A program made the position numbers and the translations under genes. A model generated the notes under the pieces. That model searched no databases, was not told where the DNA came from, and was given only the letters and a program-made list of their open reading frames with translations. DNA of 64,000 nt from assembly GCA_951406725.2 (NCBI GenBank), contig OX597836.1, positions 17,174,001 to 17,238,000 of the forward strand. Direction: 5' to 3'. This document shows, piece by piece, positions 56,433 through 64,000 of the stretch. Position 1 is the stretch's first letter. The number at the start of each line of letters is the position of its first letter. The stretch is from Octopus vulgaris (Eukaryota).

Positions 56433-56454
56433 TTATATATATATAATTCTTGTG

Positions 56455-56488
<34 letters not shown>

Positions 56489-57116
56489 CACAAGCATTTT
56501 GTTGACATTGATTCCGAAGTTTCGACCAGTTAAGCCATTAAGCCATCGTAGGCACTCCGACGACGGCTTAGCTGGCCGAAACTTCGAAGTCTCTGTTAAC
56601 AACAATCTTATAGAAGAATAATGAATTTTTTACTTTTCCAAACTACCCATCAGATTAATGGAAAACTATTTTTATTATAACCGAACATAAAAACAAATAT
56701 TAATGTATATATTTATATATACTATAGATGTAAATTGGTTACTGGCAGTAAAATAAAGTAGGCTAATTTATTTTGAAGGCACATCTCGGAAATTGTATGA
56801 CCGTTAATGATATATTTACGGTCGGTAGCTATTTAAATACCATCAAGGTGGGTAGATGCAGAATAAATGATGATATGAATTGCAAGAAGAGTAACAGTTA
56901 TTAGTTATTTAAAATACGACAGATCCTTGTGAAATCTGGATATTGATGACGTATTAATGTGATTACTTAATTATTGCTAATTAAATGGCGTAACAAAACT
57001 AATTAGATACTAATCTTGGCCTATTAACATAAGATACATCTGAGATTTAAGTGTTGGATGTTTCAACGTAATGATACATAATTCGAAGTTTGTATGTTTA
57101 GATAATACGAACGTGT

Positions 57117-57280
57117 AGGCGCAGAGAGTGGCTGTGTGGTAAGTAGCTTGCTTACCATCAACATGGTTCCGGGTTCAGTCCCACTGCGTAGCACCTTGGG
57201 CGAGTGTCTTCTACTATAGCCTCGGGCCAACCAAAGCCTTGTGAGTGGATTTGGTAGACGGAAACTGAAAGAATCCCGTC

Positions 57281-57327
<47 letters not shown>

Positions 57328-57530
57328 GTGACCTCGTGTGTACCGTTGGCGATTTTTTTCCCTCTGTCTTCCCTTCTCTGGATCTTTCCTTTTCCTATGT
57401 TTCCGACGAAGAGCTCCGCTCGAAACGTTAAGCCCCCCTTCTTTCCTTCTTTCCTGAGCGTCCAATAATACTATATTTGTTCCACGTCCTCGCGTTGTTG
57501 TGTTTTTTTTGTGCTTTCTTGTTTGGATTA

Positions 57531-57625
<95 letters not shown>

Positions 57626-57838
57626 TTGTATATGTTTGTGTATCTGTGTTTGTCACCCCAACATCGCTTGACAACCGATGCTGGTGTGTTTACCTCCCCG
57701 TAACTTAGCTGTTCGGCAAAAGACAGCCGATAGATTAAGTCCTGGAGTCGATTTGCTCGAAAGAAAAAAGTCGGTGCTCCAGCATGGCCGCAGTCAAATG
57801 ACTGAAACAAGTAAAAAAGTAAAAGAGAGAGTAAAGAG
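57117..57838 (+). mobile_element. SINE A carrying a P2 insertion in its internal (TA)n
   Basis: Head 57117-57281, tail ~57620-57838. Confidence 0.85.
57325..57535 (+). mobile_element. Hammerhead-bearing family P2, copy 3
   Basis: GTTT-CCGACGA-AGAGCTCCGCTC-GAAAC-GTT-AAGC at 57399-57433. Confidence 0.7.
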
Positions 57839-58129
57839 TATGGTTGTGAACGTATTACTGCGCGAGATATGTAATGTATAACCATTTAATAAGACTTGGA
57901 TACTAAATAAAGAATAACGAGGGTGTAGAGTTTTGCAGTGTTAATTAAATAGTAGTCAGTTGTTTAGAAAATGTATACAGTTTCATGCAATAACATTGTG
58001 GTCTATGAAAAATGGATTAAACTGGAAAATTAGTTGCTGGGAGAATAATTAAGATGGTATGACGTGACGTTGTGTAATTAAAGATAATGAAGGTTGAAGA
58101 ATGTATACACATACTTATACACGCATACA

Positions 58130-58400
58130 CATGTATGTATGTGTGTATGTATTATGTATGTATGTATGTATGTGTGTATGTATGTATGTATGTATGTATG
58201 TATGTATGTATGTATGTATGTATGTATGTATGTATGTATGTATGTATGTATGTATGTATGTATGTATATGTATGTGTGTGTATGTATGTATGTATGTATG
58301 TATGTATGTATGTATGTATGTATGTATGTATGTATGTATGTATGTATGTATGTATGTATGTTTGTATGTTTGTATGTATGTATGTTTGTATGTTTGTATG
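58130..58400. repeat. (TATG)n microsatellite
   Basis: Direct read. Confidence 0.95.
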
Positions 58401-58504
58401 AATATAATATATTGCAGCTGAAACATATGTTGGCGCAGAAATGAAAGACGTGGTTGACTGCAGAATAAAACTGGATATATAAATCTATGTTCTCTTTATT
58501 AGTA

Positions 58505-58584
<80 letters not shown>

Positions 58585-58665
58585 ACTCACACACACACAT
58601 ACATGTATGCATATGTATGCATATGCTATGTATGTATGTATGTATGTATGTATGTATGTATGTAT

Positions 58666-59001
58666 GTGAAGGTGCGTGGCTTAGTGGTTAGGGCATTCGG
58701 CTCACGTCTGGAAGGCCGTGAGTTCGATTCCCGGCGACGCGTTGTGTCCTTGAGCAAGACACTTTATTTTCACGTTGCTCCAGTTCACTCAGCTGGCAAA
58801 AATGAGTTGTACCTGTATTTCAGAAGGGCCGGCCTTGTCACACCCTGTGTCACGCTGAATCTCCCCGAGAACTACATTAAGGGTATGCATGTCTGTGGAT
58901 TGCTCAGTCACTTACACGTTAATCTCACGAGCAGGCTTTTCCGTTGATTGTATCAGCTGGGCCCCCCGTCGTCGTAACCGACGGAGTGCTCCTTTTTTTT
59001 T
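58666..59001 (+). mobile_element. SINE family D
   Basis: TGGCTTAGTGG (A box), GAGTTCGATTCC (B box), GTTGTGTCCTTGAGCAAGACACTT, tail ending GTCGTCGTAACCGACGGAGTGCT. Confidence 0.85.
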
Positions 59002-59236
59002 ATGTATGTATGTAGAAACCAACATAGCTTCTCTTAGATTGCAAAATGTTAAAAAACGTTTCGACCTTTATTGGAGTCTCATCAGTAGTGTGTATATATA
59101 TCACTTGACCAATCCCAGAGAAACAAGCAGGCAATCCCTTTATATCTACAACAAATCCGGTGGGTTCAGTGAGCTGGAATGATTAATTTGCATACCATAT
59201 GTGTTGGACTCTTTGTTTGATATCAGCGGCCTGTTT

Positions 59237-59460
59237 AAGGCGGCGAACTGGCAGAATCGTTACTGCATCGGACAGACAAAATGCTTACCGGAATTCCTTC
59301 TGACTTCACGTTCTGAGTTGAAATGTTGCCGGAGTCGACTTTGTCTTTCAGTCTTTCGGGGGAACGATAAAATCAGTACCACTTGAGCACTGGGGGTCGC
59401 TGTAATTGACTTACCCACTTCCCCAGAATTGCTGGCATCGTGCCAAAATTAGAAACCACC
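59237..59460 (+). mobile_element. SINE B'
   Basis: AAGGCGGCGAACTGGCAGAATCG...GTGCCAAAATTAGAAACC. Confidence 0.8.
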
Positions 59461-59899
59461 ATCTGTGGGCTGTCACTGGGGACTCCAGTTCACGCAGTGT
59501 CTAGTCATGAGATAGTATGGAAGAGTTTTGTAGATGCGTTCTGTTAAAAGGTCTTTAAATAGCGGTGTTATGTAATAAATAGAAAAACGCTTGCAAAAAA
59601 AAAGAGTGAAGTATGATGTACAAAGAATTTAAAACCGCGTCAAATGAAATAATCTGATATAAGGTGATTCGAGATGGAATGGCGGATTAGTCGAACACAT
59701 AAGGTGTTGGTGGTGATGGTGGTGAGGTTATGGTTGACGTTTGAGTTAAAGTAAAAAAAAAAAAATCTTCGATCAAATTTAGAAATTAAGATAGGAAATC
59801 TTGGATAAATAAATAATGGAAGCTACGAAAACAATTTTAATGATGGTGGATGAGTGTTTGTTGTTTGAGATGAACGGTTGAGTTCACAGACAGGTAAAT

Positions 59900-60288
59900 C
59901 TCTTAGCACTCCGTCGGTTACGACGATGAGGGTTCCGGTTGATCCGAATCAACGGAACAGCCTGCTCGTGAAATTACCGTGTAAGTGGCTGAGCACTCCA
60001 CAGACACGTGTACCCTTTTAACGTAGTTCTCGGGGATATTCAGTGTGACACAGAGAGTGACAAGGCTGGCCCTTTGAAATACAGGTACAACAGAAGCAGG
60101 AAGTAAGAGTGAGAGAAAGTTGTGGTGAAAGAATACAGCAGGGATCACCACCATCCCCTGCCGGGGCTTCGTGGAGCTTTTTTTAGGTGTTTTTGCTCAA
60201 TAAACAGTCACAACGCCCGGTCTGGGAATCGAAACCGCGATCCTGCGACTGCGAGTCCGCTGCCCTAACCACTGGGCCATTGCGCCTC
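59900..60288 (-). mobile_element. Chimeric SINE: C head with D tail, 15-bp TSD
   Basis: TSD CACAGACAGGTAAAT at 59885-59899 and 60289-60303; 60095-60288 matches C; 59905-60090 matches D 58806-58990. Confidence 0.9.
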
Positions 60289-60439
60289 CACAGACAGGTA
60301 AATAATCAAGGTAGGAAAACGAATGAAATCGTTAATAACTCAAATCTCAGAAGATTGGTAATAGCAGGCTGAAGAATATAAGGGAATAAAAAAAAAAGTA
60401 CTGGGAAGAAAGTAAATATATATAACCCTTTCTACTATA

Positions 60440-61178
60440 AACACAATGCCACAAATCGTGTGGAAAGAGGCTAGTCGATTATATCGACCCCCGGAGAGAT
60501 GAAAGACGATGTCGATCTCGACGGAATTTGAATTTAGAACATTAAGAGGTCGAAGTGCTGCTAAGCATTTTTTCAGCTTGCTAACGTTTCTTATTTCTTT
60601 ACTGCTCATAAGGGGCTACACACAGAGGAGACAAACAAGGACAGACAAAGAGATTAAGTCGATTACATCGAACCCAGAGAAACACTGGTACTTAATTTAT
60701 CGACCCCGAAAGGATGAAAGGCAAAGTCGACCTCGGCGGAATTTGAACTCAGAACGTAACGACAGACGAAATACCTATTTCTTTACTACCCACAAGGGGC
60801 TAAACACAGAGTTGACAAACAAGGACAAACATACAGATTAGGTCGATTATATCGACCCCAGTGCGTAACAGGTACTTATTTAATCAACCCCGAAAGGATG
60901 AAAAGGAAAGTCGATCTCGGCGGAATTTGAACTCAGAACGTAGCGGCAGAAAGAAATACCTATTTCTTTATTACCCACAAGGGGCTAAACATAGAGGGGA
61001 CAAGCAAGGACAGACATAGGTATTAAGTCGATTACATCGACCCCAGTGCGTAACTGGTACTTAATTTATCGACCCCGAAAGGATGAAAGGCAAAGTCGAC
61101 CTCGGCGGAATTTGAACGTAGCGGCAGACGAAATACCGCTAAGCATTTCGCCCGGCCTGCTAACGTTTCTGCCAGCTC
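60440..61178 (-). mobile_element. SINE B trimer (60590-61178) adjoining a B' copy
   Basis: Junction GAAATACCTATTTCTTT at ~60769 and ~60953 (184 bp apart). Confidence 0.9.
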
Positions 61179-61179
61179 T

Positions 61180-61835
61180 GGTCGAGTAACCCATCCGACT
61201 CAAAAGGTTCCTGAATAAGGGTTGGTTAAGGATGTTGAACGAAACACCCATGTTTCCAGAGGTGAATTATTCAAACCCCAAAGAGTCCCTCTCAACACAT
61301 GGCTATGATGCTCTCCCACTACTTCTGCTCGTGATCAGAGATGCACATATCGTCAGCCACAAAGTCAACGAGAACTACAAAATCCTGTGAGATGCAATAA
61401 TCCAGTGTGGTCACCTGACCAGACATCGGAAACCGGACATTGTTGTGGTGAATAAAAAAGAAGGAATATGCATGATAATCAAGATAATATACCTAACATA
61501 ACTATCCGTCTGATAAGGGTATACCAGGTACATGTTTCACAACCACAAGTGCTCGACATGGTGAACTTATATCAAGAAAAACAGCACGTGACCTTGCAGG
61601 CAGGGCCCAGTTAGAATCTTCTTCAGGTTGAGTGGCCTATCCTGCTCAAAATTGTCAGTCACTAACGGACATGCTCAACTGGTTAAGGTCAAGTAACTCT
61701 GTGGTACTGAGCAGAATATTTGCTTAGCCCACCTTTTTATTCCAAGACACAACAATGTACACGAGAACACTTCCAATCAGTTAAGATGAGAAGCCACGAG
61801 AGCCAGTGCCTGGTACTGCATCAGGGCATTCATTA
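61180..61835 (+). mobile_element. Family F pieces enclosing an RLE fragment (61361-61480)
   Basis: ENYKIL*DAIIQC..RHRKPDIVVVNKKEGICMII; flanks match 35961-36310 in reverse. Confidence 0.7.
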
Positions 61836-62530
61836 TTTTGGTTTGGCCTAGGTTCATTTTAATTCCTGGTAGGATTTTTGTGAGTAGCTGGTTACTACCT
61901 GTAACCATAGGTATCCACAAGTTTTCAGCTGTCTTTCAAGTACTTAGAACCCGCTTGGTAATCTTTACTATCTCTAAGAGACGAACTTTATGTAGGAGCT
62001 CTACAGGGCATTCTATTCCAACCTCCTTCAGCCATTTGTCCATATTTTTGCTTACTGTTCCCAAGGCACCAATTATTATAGGCGAGACCTTTACTGTTTT
62101 CATGCTCCAAATTCTATCCTATTTCAAAATTTAAGGGACAGTATTTATTTTTTTGCCGTTTATCCTCTTCCTTTACGATCCTGGCATCAATCGGGCATGA
62201 TGGGTCGATAGAGAAGCAACTTTGCTTTTCCTTATCTATAACTGTTATAGCCTAATATTTTCTAACTTCTTGCCTGTTTGAATAGAAAAGTCCCACAATT
62301 TTTTTACATTTCTCCGACTTCAGTATTCTTTCGACTCGATGCTTGTAACACGTGTTTCCAGCATCAAATTCCCATTTCTGGCACAGTTTCCAGGGCAAAA
62401 CTTTTACAACCTGGTCGTGCCTCAATTTCTTATATTCATCCTGTGCTAACTTGGGGCGTTCTGCCACCATGTGTGCCACAGTCTCGTTCCAAGTTCCACA
62501 ACCCCTACATTTTTCTGACATATTCTCTCC
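61836..62530 (-). mobile_element. R4/Dong-like RLE retrotransposon 3' fragment
   Basis: CRGCGTWNETVAHMVAE.PKLAQDEYKKLRHDQV (CCHC plus RHD); IDPSCP; PIIIGALGTVSK; stop at 61936-38, then UTR and AAT tail. Confidence 0.85.
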
Positions 62531-63022
62531 ATATATATATCTATATACGTTTATATATTTGTTTTGCAAGATTCTTGATGTGAAATCTTGTGTTGAAACA
62601 GATGTTGTATTTAGGGATGGTCATTTTGCCAGTTTAGCCAATAAAAACACACGCACTATATATTTGGTGTTAATTTGACCATTCCTAAATACAACAACAT
62701 ATATATATATATATTAAAAAATTATATGGTTAATGGACAATATGTCCAATTTTTCGGCATATTTGGCATTAGAACTTTTTTCCTTTGCCCTCATTTATGA
62801 ATTGTATATATATATATATATATATGTTACAAATTATTTTGTAATTATATACATAATTATAACAAGGGGTAAGCTTAATGCATCACCACGCGCTGCTAGA
62901 AATAGACATTAAAGTCTTTTTTACTACCTTAAAATATATATATATATATTTTTTTTTTCTCAAGTTGTTTGTTTTTATCGTTTGATCTTAGGCTGCTACA
63001 ATAAGGCTCTCTGTTTCTTTTC

Positions 63023-63266
<244 letters not shown>

Positions 63267-63887
63267 CGTGCGGTGAAGGGAATGATTCTGTAGTAAATTG
63301 GAAAAAGAGAAAGACATTGCCACAGGGGTAAACGTGGGATTATATCAGTTGATATTTCCTTTTCTATTTGTATAAAAAAAAACAGGTCTCTAGGCTGAAT
63401 GAGATGATTTCTCTATAAAATGCAGTCAGCTAGACAAACCTTCATCATAATACTGAGATGACTCTGTGAAATATTGTTTGTTTATTAGCAAGCAAATAGA
63501 AAACAACTTTATTTTCCGCCCACACTCTTAATTAAGATTTGTTCGATTTTTATAATTAAAGAAACTTTTTCCTAGTTATTAGTCTAATATTTTGAAAATG
63601 TTGGCGAAGGAAGGAAAACACAAAGATAATTTATGGCCACTTTAGTTCATGAATATTCATAAGCGTTTGCTTTGCTTCATGAATATTTAAATGCGACCAT
63701 GCTTTAAGACAGTGATTTCGTTTGTCACTTGACTTCTGACAATTCTCCCGACCCCGAACTACGAGTTGCATGTGAGTGTGCGTGTGTATGTATGTGTGTG
63801 TACGTGTGTGTATGTGCATGTGTGTGCATATTCGTTTTTCTTTTTATTCTTTTACTTGTTTCAGTCATTTGACTGCGGCTATGCTTG

Positions 63888-63947
63888 AAAAAAAAAAATG
63901 GAACGGTTCGTTAATTTGCGCAGGGCCCATCCTTGCGCAGGGCCCAT
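63888..63947 (-). pseudogene. U6: U6 snRNA 3'-half pseudogene fragment
   Basis: Minus strand ATGGGCCCTGCGCAAGGATG...GCGCAAATTAACGAACCGTTCCATTTTTTTT vs the conserved U6 3' end ATGGCCCCTGCGCAAGGATGACACGCAAATTCGTGAAGCGTTCCATATTTT. Confidence 0.8.
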
Positions 63948-64000
63948 ATATTGTATACGCTGCATTTTGCTGTTGTTGTTGTTGTTGTTGTTGTTGTTGT

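Overview
Eukaryotic, AT-rich, extremely microsatellite-dense intergenic or intronic DNA. The repeat repertoire suggests a cephalopod, probably Octopus (inference, not verifiable here). I recognise no intact host protein-coding exon; nearly all long ORFs in the track are translations of simple repeats. The non-microsatellite fraction is a mosaic of several classes. (1) tRNA-headed SINE families, labelled A-E here, that exchange heads and tails; family B forms fixed-junction 184-bp multimers. (2) Decayed LINEs: RTE/BovB/Expander-like, CR1-like, and restriction-like-endonuclease (RLE) R4/Dong/HERO-like. (3) DNA transposons: a mariner fragment, a GG...CC TIR element with an 8-bp TSD carrying TTAGGG repeats, and tandem non-autonomous Helitrons. 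(4) Several unrelated non-coding families inserted in (TA)n that carry minimal type-I hammerhead ribozyme motifs, some inside long tail-to-tail inverted repeats (Penelope-like pLTR architecture). Most notable are a ~640-bp palindrome with an intact hammerhead on each strand (10354-10997), a U6 snRNA fragment fused through its oligo-U end to a SINE 3' tail (63838-63947), TSD-flanked SINE multimers and chimeras, two short-range inverted duplications, and four perfect CRE palindromes in 142 bp. Family names are pattern-based and need database confirmation; the ends of degenerate elements are approximate.
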